44,992 nt of DNA from Octopus bimaculoides (GCF_001194135.2 NC_068984.1:56218971-56263962); one strand, 5' to 3'; positions 10,701 through 25,204 are shown, numbered from the stretch's first letter. Notes: a model not told the origin generated them from the sequence alone. Program-made: numbers and translations.

Positions 10701-13700
10701 TGATTGTGTGAGGAGTAGTCGACTGTCTTGCGCTGCTTTGCATCGGTTTTCTGGTTGTGCTTTCTCTCTGTCTTGAGGAATGTCAACGGTAAGAAACATG
10801 TTCTATTCGGACCTTAGTGGGTCCGAATTGTCCTCTTCGGAGGAGGAGCTCATACGAGCAATTGATAGGATGGACAAGTGCTTAAGGAAGAAAAGTTTAA
10901 CAGAAGTCACAAAAAAGGAGGTGGACATAACAAACAATAGAAAAATATGAGAAGATGGCATGTAGGGTAGGTGGTGACGTTAAGTTGTCACCACTCCAGA
11001 AAGTATTGGAAGAGATGGATAAGAAAACAGTAATATATAAGGTGTACTCAGTTGGAAGAAAGGAAAATTGAAAATGTTGAGGCAGAAATAATAGAAAAGG
11101 CATTGTGCTCCGTCTGGCAAGACATAACATATCTTGCCAGACGAAGCAGATACAGAACACTTGTGGTTCATTTCAAGTCAGAAGGAAAAGCAAAAGAACA
11201 CGCAGTAACCACAGTAAAGTTGGATAAAGTGGTCCTTCTACCCACTTATCTTGGAAGAAGGACTTCCAGAATTAGGGTGGAGGGAATCCCACCGGAAATA
11301 GATGTGACTTGGGTTGCGGCAGCTGTTCTTCTAGGAAGTAAAGAAGAAATAGCCGTCCTCCAAGCCACAAAAACAGAAAATTCAGTATGGAAAGGCCAAA
11401 CATTGGACCTGATCGTACAGGGCACTACAGAAACACTGGAAAATGTGGTGGAAATGGTAACCATTGGAGATGTAGTGTTGAGAGTGTGGGTGGCAGGCAG
11501 AACCCCTCGTTGCTTTAAATGTGGCCAAAAAGACCACATTAGAGTACACTGCCCTCTACAGAAGCTGAGCAGTCCAGAGGAAGTTAGAAAGAAGCAGAAG
11601 GTGCAACAGGAAGAAAAGAGAAACGAAGAACAGTGGATGATAGCTGAAGGAAGAAAAAGGAAGAGGAAGAAAGGACAGAGTGAAGTAGAACCCCAAATCA
11701 TACCCACCCCGCCCATATCCCCCCCAGACACCAAACCCACCCATTCCCCTCCTACACAAAGCAAGAGAAAAAAAGAAATACAAACACACAAGGATCAACA
11801 AACTCCCCATCCCACTGAAATTTCTAACTTCTGATATTTTGTACTTCTGGTCTATCTTTCTATCCATCTATTTTTCTATCTATCTGTTTGTCTGCCTGTC
11901 TATCTATCCATCTATCTCAATCTATCTATTTATCTATCTATCTCTATCTATCTCTCTAGAAGTCTGTCTATCCATCTATTTTTATCTATCTTTCTATCTA
12001 TCCACCTATCCATCTCTCTCTCTCTCTTTCTCTCTCTCTCATCACCTCCTCCTTCAACCTGTTCACTTGTTCCTTCTAGCTCAGCTTTACTTCTCTTAGC
12101 ATAGCACCCCCTCTTGAGTGATCACAACCAATTCTTGGTTGAAACCGTTTCAACTTCCTTTACATCATATTTATGTTTTACAAAAGGAAAGGCAGGTAAA
12201 CAAAATCATTTCCAGTAGTAATTGTCTCAGACCTGTATAAAAATGAAGTCTTCAATTAATGCATTTGATTCTAAGAACAGCTGTATAGTCTCCTTCCCAA
12301 TGCATCATACTTGATTAATTTCCCCTGGAGATTTCTCATGCTTCACAATTCTCTGATGTTTATGGTTTAAAGCTTTGCATCTTATTCTTGTTTCTACTGT
12401 TCTTGTATCTGCTGCCATTACTGCTGTTAGCTGAATTGATTTCTTCACTAACTTATAATCCAGGTCAATCAAATGTAACAAAGATATATATTGTTTTTAA
12501 ACAACTGACTTTTCTCTTTCTTTCTAAATTTATTCAAAACAACATTTCATGATTCATATAATAGTGATGATGATAGTGGTGGTGATGATTCATATAATAG
12601 TGATGATGATAGTGGTGGTGATGATTCATATAATAGTGATGATGATAGTGGTGGTGATGATTCATGTAATAGTGATGATGACGAGGGGTGACATCACAAG
12701 CACAGTCTACAGTTTGTGTGTGTGGTGTGGCATTGAATTAAAGATGAGAAAGAAAAGGAAAAGACAGTGAAATGAGACAAAAGTATGCATAGTATACAAA
12801 GTATGGGAACACATTAATGATGCAATCCTCTAGTTAAAAGAGAACCTCGAACTCAAGCTAATCAAGGAAACCCACAGGCCACCAAAGGCACAAGCCCTCA
12901 CCCAACTGTTGTTCTCCAATCTACAGGGGCATACTTGAAGTAGATCCATTCTCCCTAACCATTTTTACCACAGTCACCCACCTTTTTACAAATTCATTGG
13001 GAGCAAGTACTTCCCTATCCAACCTCATTTTCCTTTCCAAACGGAACTTAAAAAAGATGATATGAGCTTAACTGAGGAGGAAGGTGTCTTTCCTCTCTCC
13101 TTTCAGCCTCATCCACCACACAACCTGCTACTTGACGGAGCAACACTACCTACCCTGCTTTGTTAAAGATAAGTGGTGGGACAATCCTCATGATGAACTC
13201 AACCAATAACTGGATTCATTCTACAAGCAACAACAGCCGTTTGACATAATTCCACAAGTCAGTAATCCTCAGACATTACACAAATATCTGCAGCATGGTT
13301 TCATTGATCTGCACACATCTCAGACAGCCTCACCTGCCAGCACTTTCATGCCTGCAGTGTTTATGACACAGTAAAGGTGCATGGCTTAGTGGTTAGGATA
13401 TTTGACTCACAATCATAAGGTCACGAGTTTGATTTCCAGTGATGCATTGTGTCCTTAAGTAAGGCACTTTATTTCACTTTGCTCCAGTCCACTCAGCTAG
13501 CAAAGTTTATTAGTAGTACCTGTATTTCAGTGGGCTAGCCTTGTCACATTCAGTGTCATGTTGAATCTCCTTGATAACAAAGTTAAATATATGCATGTCT
13601 GTTGAGTGCTCAGACACTTCTGCATTAATTTCATGAGCAGGGTGTTCCATTATTCAAATCAACTGGATCCCTTACCATCGTAAACAATGGAGTGCCAATT

Positions 13701-14385
13701 TATGACATAAAACCAACAATTTTCAAGGGAAGGGGTCAGTCAATATCTCATCAACTCCAGCACTTGATTGATATTCTATTTTATTGACTCCTGGAGGGAT
13801 GAAAGGCAAAGTCACTCTCAACAGTATCTGAACTCAGAAGGTAAAGAGCTGGAAGAAATACCATTTTGTTTGATGCACTGATAACTCTACCAGCTTACTG
13901 CCTTTCTAAATTAGGTACAAGGCCTTTATATAAAAACTTTTTGTGTTCCAAACATCATCTTAATGATGAAAAACTTAGTTATTCAATTAAATTCCTCCAA
14001 ATTCTGAATCATTTTAAAAAACAATGAAAATAAACATACAATGCATTTATTTAATCAGAAATATTGTTATGAAAGGTTTAAAGGTTGTAGATGTCAGAAT
14101 TAATAAAACACTGGACAAAATACTAATACTAATAGTATTCAGTTTTGTCTCTTTAAGTTTGGAATTATTTAGGATTGGCAAATAATTCTAGTTAAACATT
14201 CAGGTCAATTTAGTTAACTGTTTTATTTTAAAATGTGTCTTTTTGCTAGTGATATAAATCAATATATTAATTTTATTGATGGCTAAGCCGATGAATGAAG
14301 GACGACAAGCGTGTTTATATTTCACTGAAGTAAAACATGTTGCTGTAAAAAGCATGGAAAATTATCCTTTTTATCCACTTCCATA

Positions 14386-14418
<33 letters not shown>

Positions 14419-17400
14419 NNNNNNNNNNNNNNNNNNNNNNNNNNNNNNNNNNNNNNNNNNNNNNNNNNNNNNNNNNNNNNNNNNNNNNNNNNNNNNNNNN
14501 NNNNNNNNNNNNNNNNNNNNNNNNNNNNNNNNNNNGATAGTTACTTGAGCCAGGATTCAACAGTCAGAGGTTCTTCCTGGCACCAATTCTTACCTGTTTC
14601 TCAAGTAAGAAACTTTCTGTCCCAAATATTTTCCTAAATGCAAAGTCACAATGTCATAAAGAAACATTAGTATTCAAGTGCATTTGCATACACACATTCA
14701 TATATAAAAGGTGTGTGTGTGTGTACAATGGGATTCTTGCAGTTTCTGTTTGCTAAATTCATTCGTAAAGGACAATAGTAAAAGACTCTTACAAAATGTG
14801 CTGCATGGTGGAAACAAGCCCAAAGCCAACTGGTTACAAAGTATATTTGTTTGCATTTCTTAAATAAATTTGTTAAGGAAGAATAAGAATATTCAGTCAA
14901 TATATCTTGAGAAAACATGTAATATTGATTTCTTACATCGTATGTACACAAGTTTATAGTTATACTCTATTATAATCAGATATTACAAATTTGTAACAGG
15001 TACTACTTGTACTGTTATTATTACTACTTCTGTTACCCCCACTATTAAATGTTTAAATGCTTGAGATAGTTGTTGTTAGCAGATGTACATGTGTATGCAT
15101 TTGAGGTCAAGTGGATTTGGTTGTCACAATTCTTAGTTAAGAGGAATTAAGGTTCCCAGTTTGAATCTAGTCTGGTATTGTTATATTATTATATTATACT
15201 ACACTCTTGGAGTGGTTGGCATTAGAAAGAGCATCCAGCTGTAGAAACCATGACAAATTAGATTGGAACCTGGTGCAGCTCCCCAGCTTACCAGGTTTCA
15301 GTCAAACCATCCAACCCATGCCAACATGGAAAACAGACGTTAAATGATGATGATGGTGATGATAAGGCACATGACTTGGTAGTTAAGGTGTTCAACTAAT
15401 GATTGTAAGGTCATGAGTTTGATCCCCAGCCATGCGTTGTGTCCTTGAGCAAGACACTTTATTTTTTCACGTTGCTCCAGTTCACCCAGTTGGCAAAAAT
15501 GAGTTGTATCAGTATTTCAAAAGGGCCAGCTTTAACACAGCGGGCATCACACTGAATCTTCTTATGAACCATGTTAAGAGTTCATGTGTCTATGGAGTGC
15601 TCAGCCACTTATATGTTAGTTTCATGAGCAGGCTGTTCTGTTGCTCGGATAAACTGGAACCATCATTGTCATAACCAACGGAGTGCCAGTTATATTACAT
15701 ATCACATTATATTATGAATCCAGTCTGGTAATCATCATCATCCTTTAACATTAATTTTCCATGCTAGCATGGGTTGACCAGTTTAACTGGAGCTGGCAAG
15801 CCAGAGAGCTGCACCAGATTCCAGTCTGATTTGGATTCTATGTCTGGATGCCTGATTCTATGAGTAGATGCCCTTCCTAATGCCAACCACTTTACAATGT
15901 GCTGGGTGCTTTTAATCTGGCACTGGCACAAATGTTTATATGTGGCACTGGTACAGGACTCTTGTAGGTCAATCCTCTTCACCAGAGGATGTGGCCGTAA
16001 CACTTCTACTGTGAAGGACGGGACTTCTTGAGTACAACAAGGTGTCTGGTATCTTGGTTCTTTGTCTTCTCATCCAAAAGATTCAGCTTTCTGAGGTTGT
16101 CTTTCAGTACTTCGTCCCATGTCTTCCTGGGTTTCTGTCGTCCAATAGTTCCAGCCATTTTGATTGAGCAGTACTTCTTTATGGAGTTGTCAGCATCCAT
16201 CCACATCACATGACCAAGCCAGCACAGTCTTCTCTCTTGCACACTGCATCTAATTCTTTTTATGCCTAACTTCTCTGGCATCATTATATTATTATATTAT
16301 ATATCCAAGAATAAGATTGTGATCATAAACCAAACAGTACAAAATTATTGAAACATAATGTAGATATCAATAAAAGTTGATTAAACATGTAAAATTTCAT
16401 CTAAAACACTTCAAAAATAACATCTTGAGCCAAATTTGAAAAAAATGTTTTCAAAAAATCAAACAGTATTTTCTGAACAACCTAATAGTTTTATAACCAT
16501 ACTTTAATAAAGTGTACACAGTCGTTAAGTGTTTCATGAGTACTGTCTTTAGTATCTTTGTTTTCACAGATTTCTTGTGTCTTTCACTTGAGTATAATGT
16601 TACCCAACAATTTAGACTATTTCTTTTTTGCTTTCTTTTTGTTTTGTTTTGTTTTTTTACATTAGATTTCTTGCATTATATGTGAGTAAATACAATATTT
16701 TATTGTTTGCTCCCTCTGTCACTCTTTCTGTTTTTTCTCTAATCCTAATTTTCTGCCTCTCTATTTACCAGAGGAAATCCTCTACAGCAACAAAGCCATA
16801 TGGTTTTCGAAGACTGGCAAATGCCTTGCTTATGCTACTTTCGATGACAGGGGTGTTCGAATGTTTGAATATCCATATTATGGCTACATGAATGATGAAT
16901 ATCCAAAAATCAACCGTATTCCATATCCTAAAGTAAGTAAACTATTTCCTACTCCTTCTTGATGCTGTTGTTATTCACAGTTCTTCTTTGAAATAATGTA
17001 AACGTCTGATACAACTAGCTTATATCAATAAATTTTGCCCCACTGTATTACAGGATCTTCTACATTGCTATTTGATCTCCTAGAAACAGCGACTAAGTCA
17101 CATTCACATTACACAATACTATCTTAAAGGTGGTGAGCTGGCAGAAATGTTAGCACGCTGGGCGAAGTGCATAGCGGTATTTCGTCTGCCGTTACGTCCT
17201 GAGTTCAAATTCTGCCGAGGTCGACTTTGCCTTTCATCCTTTCGAGGTCGATTAAATAAATACCAGTTACGCACTGGGGTCGATATAATCGACTTAATCC
17301 GTTTGTCTGTCCTTGTTTGTCCCCTCTGTGTTTAGCCCCTTGTGGGTAGTAAAGAAATAACACAATACTATCTTAAAAGGAGAAGGACACACTGATGTGA

Positions 17401-20400
17401 TCCTGGATGCATGCTACTTGAGAAAGGTGAAGTGGTGGTTATGATTAGAAAACCTTTGATCTGGTGATGGCAATGGGTTTTAGGAATTAGAGCTATGCTA
17501 AACTTTTTGAAGCTGAGGTTGAGGAGGAGTGGGAGTTGACACAACAATCCTCCCAACCTTGAGCTAAAAAGTAGGTGAACACCACACCCTTGCTTTACAT
17601 TTCTGTAACCACTTTAATCAAAGGTTTGCACAATCAGGACAGAACTGGATTTAAACAACATCAACAACAATTTAGTGACAAGAATTTAGTGAACTTAGCC
17701 AATTGAATATTAAGTGCCTTAGTCACAGATGCTATACTGTGAAAATGATAAGAACAGAAGAGTGCAAATTAAATGGCTAATTGGGGTTCTATATATATTT
17801 GTGTGTGTTTGTCCCCCCCCCCCCACCATCACTTGACAACTGATGTTGGTGGGCTTATGTCCCCGTAACTTAGCAGTTCAGCAAAAGGAACTGATAAAAG
17901 AAGAACTAGATAAGTCCTGGAGTCGATTTCTTTGACTAAACCCTTTAAAGCAGTGCTCCAGCATGGCTGCAGTCAAATGACTGAAACAAGTAAAAGAATA
18001 AAAGAATAATAGTTCTCTATATTTTTGCCTAAATCTTAAACTTTAAAACATAATTTTCTTTTAAGCTTTCCACATAACGTGTGACTGATTTCTTTTATTT
18101 AATTTTCTGTGTTAGTAATTTTTCTTTTTACATTTACTTTCCAATGTGCTAGTAACATTTTATTTGATCTCCAGTGGACAAAAGATTTCTTCTTTTTCTT
18201 TCTTTTCTTTTTTTTTTTTGTTATCTCCAGTGAACTATAAAGTCAGAAAAGGCTGACAACATGATTTAGTTAATCGAAATATACTATTGAATATAATATT
18301 GAATATACCCCATCTAACAGTACAAGTTTTCTAGCTGTCACTGTGCTCTAAAAATACATTCGACAAATCTAAACAAGTCTTTTTAATCCTTAATTTCTTC
18401 ATGGGCCGAAAAGGTGAGACTGCCATGATCAGCATTTGGTCCTAGTTCAGACTTTCTCTCAGAAGCCACATGCTTGACTTTGCCTATAGCAGACTACAGC
18501 TTATAGTGGTGTATATAGTCTCTATAAAGAATGACGTTGTTGTTGTTGTTGGCACTCCATCGCTTGCGACGTCGAGGGTTCCAGTTGATCCGATCAACGG
18601 AACAGCCTGCTCGTGAAATTAACATGCAAGTGGCTGAGCACTCCACAGACATGTGTACCCTTAACGTAGTTCTCGGGGATATTCAGCGTGACACAGTGTG
18701 ACAAGGCTGACCCTTTGAATTACAGGCACAACAGAAACAGGAAGTAAGAGTGAGAGAAAGTTGTGGTGGAAGAGTACAGCAGGGTTCGCCACCATCCCCT
18801 GCCGGAGCCTCGTAGAGCTTTAGGTGTTTTTGCTCAATAAACACTCACAACGCCTAGTCTGGGAATCGAAACCGCGATCCTATGACCGCGAGTCCGCTGC
18901 CCTAACCACTGAGCCATTGCGCCTCCACAAAGAATGACTTCAAGAAATCAGTAAATCCATTACCCAAAATATGCAGCTTAGTGCATCAATGATCATTTAA
19001 TTGACCTAGCTGCCAGAAAAGCATTATATATGCTAATTGGATTTATTGATTGATTGAAGTTCATATTTATGGAAGTAACTATATAAATAACTATGAGCAA
19101 TATTTCCCAATAGACAGGCAAAAGTGAGTGTATAGCCTATGAAGAGAGTCTAAATTTGAGCTAAAACTGATCAGGCTAATCTTCATTTGTCTACAGATAT
19201 GATTCAAAGAAGAAAAAGAGACTTTCCTTTTACTTGTTTCAATCATTGGACTGCGACCATGCTTGGACACCATCTTGAAGAGTTTTAGTCAAACGAATCA
19301 ACCCCTAATTTTTTAAAAGTTTGGTACTTATTCAATCAGATCTTTATTGCTGAACTACTAAGTTACAGGGACATAAACAAACCAACACCAGTTGCCAAGT
19401 GGTGATGGGCAACAAACACAAAGACACATACACATAGATATATACATATATATGAAGGGCTTCTTTCAGTTCCATTCACCAAATCCACTCACAAGGCTTT
19501 GGACAGCCCAGGGCTAAAATGGAAGACATTTGCTCAAGGTATTACACAGTGGGACCCAGAGCCATGTGGTTACATTTTCTATTTTTCTTTTTCTTTTTTT
19601 TTTTTGTACATTTCTTCTCTGTATTTCATTACACAACAGAGCCATGGTTAAAAATTTGTGCTGTTTGACAGTTGGTACTACAAAGTATATTAGTAACTAA
19701 TTAAAGGTTTAGTGACTTGCTGTATAATGCAGGAAGCAGTTTGCCTGCTACCAACATGTCATTGAGGTTGAGTATGGCCTGAGTTAGCCAGAAGAACTTA
19801 TTGTCACTTAACTTGCCAGAAACAACAGTGAAACTCCTTCATATCACACTCTACCATCTTACAAAACAAAAGATGTATAGTTTGGATATCATAAAAGATG
19901 GGATGATCAAAACTAGTATGCTCTTAATCATAGACTTGCTTGATCAAAGCTGACCAAAGATTAAACAATGAAATTTGGATATAGCCTTGTTAACAAACTC
20001 AAGGTTGACTTTTAAAGAAATCTGGTTGATTGCTCTCGTGAAAATGTATTCTACTCTAAACTTCTAAGTAAAACACCCTACTTGTATATCACAACCCACT
20101 TTCACTTGACCTACTACAAATAGTTGAAAAATCTCCCAACAATAGCAACACTGTCAACGAGCCTGTAAATGTTTGTTCAGTTGTTGGGATTGTTCATTTT
20201 CATCAGCTTGAAATGAGCAGTTCTATAATCCAAGACATCCCAGCCATGACCATACCCTCTTTTATTCAGTTGTAATTTATCTAAGTGGAGGTGCAATGGC
20301 CCAGTGGTTAGGGCAGCGGACTCGCGGTCATAGGATCGCAGTTTCGATTCCCAGACCGAGTGTTGTGAGTGTTTATTGAGCGAAAACACCTAAAGCTCCA

Positions 20401-21266
20401 CGAGGCTCCGGCAGGGGATGGTGGCGAACCCTGCTGTACTCTTTCACCACAACTTTCTCTCACTCTTACTTCCTGTTTCTGTTGTGCCTGTAATTCAAAG
20501 GGCCAGCCTTGTCACACTGTGTCACACTGAATATCCCCGAGAACTACGTTAAGGGTACACGTGTCTGTGGAGTGCTCAGCCACTTGCACGTTAATTTCAC
20601 AAGCAGGTTGTTCTGTTGACCGGATCAACTGGAACCCTCGATGTCGTAAGCGACGAAGTGCCAACAATTTATCTAAACACACTGAGTTAGTAGTAATTAA
20701 TATTAGTGTTTGCATATAAAATACCCAGAATGTTGCATATTTGCTCCAGTGGAGATTATTCTGCTCCGATCTCTCTGAATCAGTGACTGTTTAAATTAAT
20801 TTTATATGTATCTTTTCTTCAAAGTCAGCATGATGACCCATCGAAATAATTAGATTCAATTGCTACAAGGATTATATGTCAACACATTATTATTTGGTTT
20901 ACTGCAATGGAGCATCATAGTTTGTCAACTCTACAGAAAGAAACTTTTGATGCCAACAAGCTAGCAGTTTACAATTATTCTTCATTCTACTTTTCATTAT
21001 ACTTTCACAGTCTCTATTAGAGGTATAATGCATATCTTCATAGATAGGTAGGCACACACACACACACACACACACACATACATATGCACATATAAGTTAA
21101 TGTTAGGGTTATTGTTATAAACACAACAAACATTTACAGACAGAACAACTCAATACAAACTTATTATACGTAATCTTGACTGGGTTTTCAAGCTGCATCT
21201 GAATCTCTCATTCTCTCTTTTAACCTCAAATTTTTCTTTCTGCTTCTGTTCAGTTTTTTTCCATTG

Positions 21267-21363
<97 letters not shown>

Positions 21364-23500
21364 CTTTCTCATGTGTGTTTCTCTTCAACCTCCTCAGTAA
21401 TCGAAATCTAGTAATCAATTCTAATTGTTTCGATGTGTCACATTAACTCTCAAGAAAGGCTGAGTGCAAAATAAATTGAAAATGTTGATGATTCAAAGGT
21501 ATCGACCAGTGTAGACAATTCAGTTGTGCTGGTATGGATTTAATAAAAGTTGAATGAAAATATTCTGTTGAGCTGGGTGGAAGCTATTTATAGTAAGAAA
21601 CCCCACAGACAACTTGAACCAGAATGAATGCATTTAAAACCATGTTTAAATTATGATGGAATAAATGGAACCTTTACATATTTTCAGGAATAGAGCAGTG
21701 GATTGACAAAATCATTAGAGAATCAAAATAAATGCTGTGCAATATTTCTTCTGGCTGTTTACATTCTAAGTTCAGATTTCACCAAGATCAATTTTGCCTT
21801 TCATTCTTTCAGAGACAATGAAATAATGTACAACTTAAGTACAAGGATCGATATGACTGACTAACCCAGTCCCATCCAAATTTCATATTTTAAAGATTAT
21901 AAATCAAGATTATAAATCAAGATTATAAATCAAGATCATAAATAATTATTGTGTGTGTATGATTAATCGCTGACCAAACACCTTTCAATTTTTTTTCTCC
22001 GTGTTTTTCTCCTTGTTTTCTCCGTATTCTTTCTGTTGAAGAGCGTAGCTCGAAACGTTAAAGACTTTCTGTATTCCCGAGCGTCAAACTAATACATCCT
22101 TTTGTTGTTTACACCACCTGTCCTCGTCTGTTGTTGTTTTTTTTCATACATTCTCCCATATACATATATGTATATGTGTGTGTATATATTTAGAAGGTTG
22201 TTTATTATGGTCAGTTAGGGAGTGACTGTTGGTTACAGACCGATAAAGCACTTAGCTGTAAAAGCAACTAATCAGACTCAAACAAACAACCTTGCTCTAA
22301 TGTTTTAGCAGCGTTTTGTCCATCTTTACATTTTAAGTTCAAATGCCACAAAAGCTGACTTTGCCTTTCATCCTTGCAAGGTCGATGAAATAAATACCAG
22401 TCAAACACTGGGGTTGATGTAACTGACTTATCCCCTCCCCAGAAACTGCTGGCTTTGTGCCTAAATTTGAAATTGTTATTGTTATTATTATTATTATTAT
22501 TATTNNNNNNNNNNNNNNNNNNNNNNNNNNNNNNNNNNNNNNNNNNNNNNNNNNNNNNNNNNNNNNNNNNNNNNNNNNNNNNNNNNNNNNNNNNNNNNNN
22601 NNNNNNNNNNNNNNNNNNNNNNNNNNNNNNNNNNNNNNNNNNNNNNNNNNNNNNNNNNNNNNNNNNNNNNNNNNNNNNNNNNNNNNNNNNNNNNNNNNNN
22701 NNNNNNNNNNNNNNNNNNNNNNNNNNNNNNNNNNNNNNNNNNNNNNNNNNNNNNNNNNNNNNNNNNNNNNNNNNNNNNNNNNNNNNNNNNNNNNNNNNNN
22801 NNNNNNNNNNNNNNNNNNNNNNNNNNNNNNNNNNNNNNNNNNNNNNNNNNNNNNNNNNNNNNNNNNNNNNNNNNNNNNNNNNNNNNNNNNNNNNNNNNNN
22901 NNNNNNNNNNNNNNNNNNNNNNNNNNNNNNNNNNNNNNNNNNNNNNNNNNNNNNNNNNNNNNNNNNNNNNNNNNNNNNNNNNNNNNNNNNNNNNNNNNNN
23001 NNNNNNNNNNNNNNNNNNNNNNNNNNNNNNNNNNNNNNNNNNNNNNNNNNNNNNNNNNNNNNNNNNNNNNNNNNNNNNNNNNNNNNNNNNNNNNNNNNNN
23101 NNNNNNNNNNNNNNNNNNNNNNNNNNNNNNNNNNNNNNNNNNNNNNNNNNNNNNNNNNNNNNNNNNNNNNNNNNNNNNNNNNNNNNNNNNNNNNNNNNNN
23201 NNNNNNNNNNNNNNNNNNNNNNNNNNNNNNNNNNNNNNNNNNNNNNNNNNNNNNNNNNNNNNNNNNNNNNNNNNNNNNNNNNNNNNNNNNNNNNNNNNNN
23301 NNNNNNNNNNNNNNNNNNNNNNNNNNNNNNNNNNNNNNNNNNNNNNNNNNNNNNNNNNNNNNNNNNNNNNNNNNNNNNNNNNNNNNNNNNNNNNNNNNNN
23401 NNNNNNNNNNNNNNNNNNNNNNNNNNNNNNNNNNNNNNNNNNNNNNNNNNNNNNNNNNNNNNNNNNNNNNNNNNNNNNNNNNNNNNNNNNNNNNNNNNNC

Positions 23501-23576
<76 letters not shown>

Positions 23577-24956
23577 TATGCAAACTGGCAGAGTCATTAT
23601 TATCTTGGACAAAATACTTAGTTGCACTTCTCCCTGCTCTTTACATACTAAATTCAAATTCCACAGAGACTGACTTTGCCATTGCCTTTTGAAGTCAATA
23701 AAATAAATACCAGTTGAGCTCTATGTTTGATATAATCAAGTTGTCTGCCTCCCTTAGAAATTGTTGGCCTAGTGTCAAAATTTGAAACTATTATTATTAT
23801 TGATTTTGTTCTCTTCTTCTGGTCAGTCACCTCAGAAATCAGGATGGCACACCAATGCACCATTTTGATTTCTGTGCACTGAAGAAGTAAAAGATTAAAG
23901 ATTAAGCAGTACAAATTAATACACACTTGACACTTAGCATTTGGAGTGGCAAAAACTTGCTTACTAGTGTTTGCAACTAAACTAGAGGCTTGATTATTTT
24001 CTAATAATTTGATTTGAATCGACCCCAATACATAACTAGAACTTACTTTATTAAAAACTGAGAGAAAAAAAGATAGTCAATCACCAGTGAGATTTGAACT
24101 CTGAATATATTAGTAACTGTGGAGGCGCAATAGCCCAGTGGTTAGGGAAGCGGACTCGCGGTTTCGATTCCCAGACTGGGCGTTGTGAGTATTTATTGAG
24201 CGAAAACACCTAAGGCTCCACGAGGCTCTCCGGCACGGGATGGTGGCGAACCCTGCTGTACTCTTTCACCACAACTTTCTCTCACTCTTAGTTCCTGTTT
24301 CTGTTGTGCCTGTAATTCAAAGGGTCAGCCTTGTCACACTCTGTCACGCTGAATATCCCTGAGAACTACGTTAAGGGTACACGTGTCTGTGGAGTGCTGA
24401 GCCACTTGCACGTTAATTTCACGAGCAGGCTATTCCGTTGATCGGATCAACTGGAATCCTCGATGTCATAAGCGACGGAGTGCCAACATATTAGTAACTG
24501 TAGTCAATGAGGGAAAAGAGGAGTAGTAATAGCAACTTTGATTTTTTTTACATTAATCACAAACCTTTTGGAAAGGAATATAATCCTTCAAACCAACTCC
24601 TGTTACTTAATCATTGTATATCTTAACAAATGTGAATGACAGAATTTGAGCCCGGAACTTGAAGAGCAAAAGTAAATACTGCAAAACATTTAATCTAGTT
24701 TCTGGTGGATTCTACAGCTATTATATAGATAAAAAGGAGGCAAAAATTTATATATTTATATTTGTTTTATTGAAAGTTTTTAATTGAAATATATTTATAA
24801 ATAATTAATTTGTGAATATTTTCTTTTTAGCCTGGGACACCAAATCCCATTGTGACATTGAAGGTTGTCAACCTTCAAAGTGTGTTACAATTACAGTTGA
24901 ACTTTACACCTGAAGTCAAGAAATATTTAACGTAAGCCAATTATTATTATAAACTT

Positions 24957-25012
<56 letters not shown>

Positions 25013-25204
25013 CGTATGTATATATGTATAAATATATAAATGTATATATAAATATATATANNNNNNNNNNNNNNNNNNNNNNNNNNNNNNNNNNNNNNNN
25101 NNNNNNNNNNNNNNNNNNNNNNNNNNNNNNNNNNNNNNNNNNNNNNNNNNNNNNNNNNNNNNNNNNNNNNNNNNNNNNNNNNNNNNNNNNNNNNNNNNNN
25201 NNNN

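Noticed and set aside
11246-11867. 181-aa and 103-aa minus-strand ORFs
   Set aside because: Antisense shadows of the purine-rich CCHC ORF; no independent motifs.
12549-12681. CRISPR-like 36-bp repeats
   Set aside because: Contiguous units with no spacers, low complexity, eukaryotic context.
16628-16891. 87-aa ORF overlapping exon B
   Set aside because: Different frame from the spliced DPP exon; incidental.
20285-20360. tRNA-like sequences (also ~10083, 18860-18928, 24121, 26660-26730, 34095-34150, 37575)
   Set aside because: They are SINE heads: they continue into shared SINE bodies, several have TSDs, and none gives a complete cloverleaf.
22505-23500. A host exon hidden in an assembly gap
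   Set aside because: Flanking exons join in frame with family-typical continuity (YPK|PGTPNP), and the same holds across the other three gaps.
22339-23692. Long ORFs (385-411 aa) in the ORF track
   Set aside because: Artefacts of the N-gap and (ATT)n tracts; the same applies to ORFs at 14276-14560, 24955-25266 and 42416-42802.
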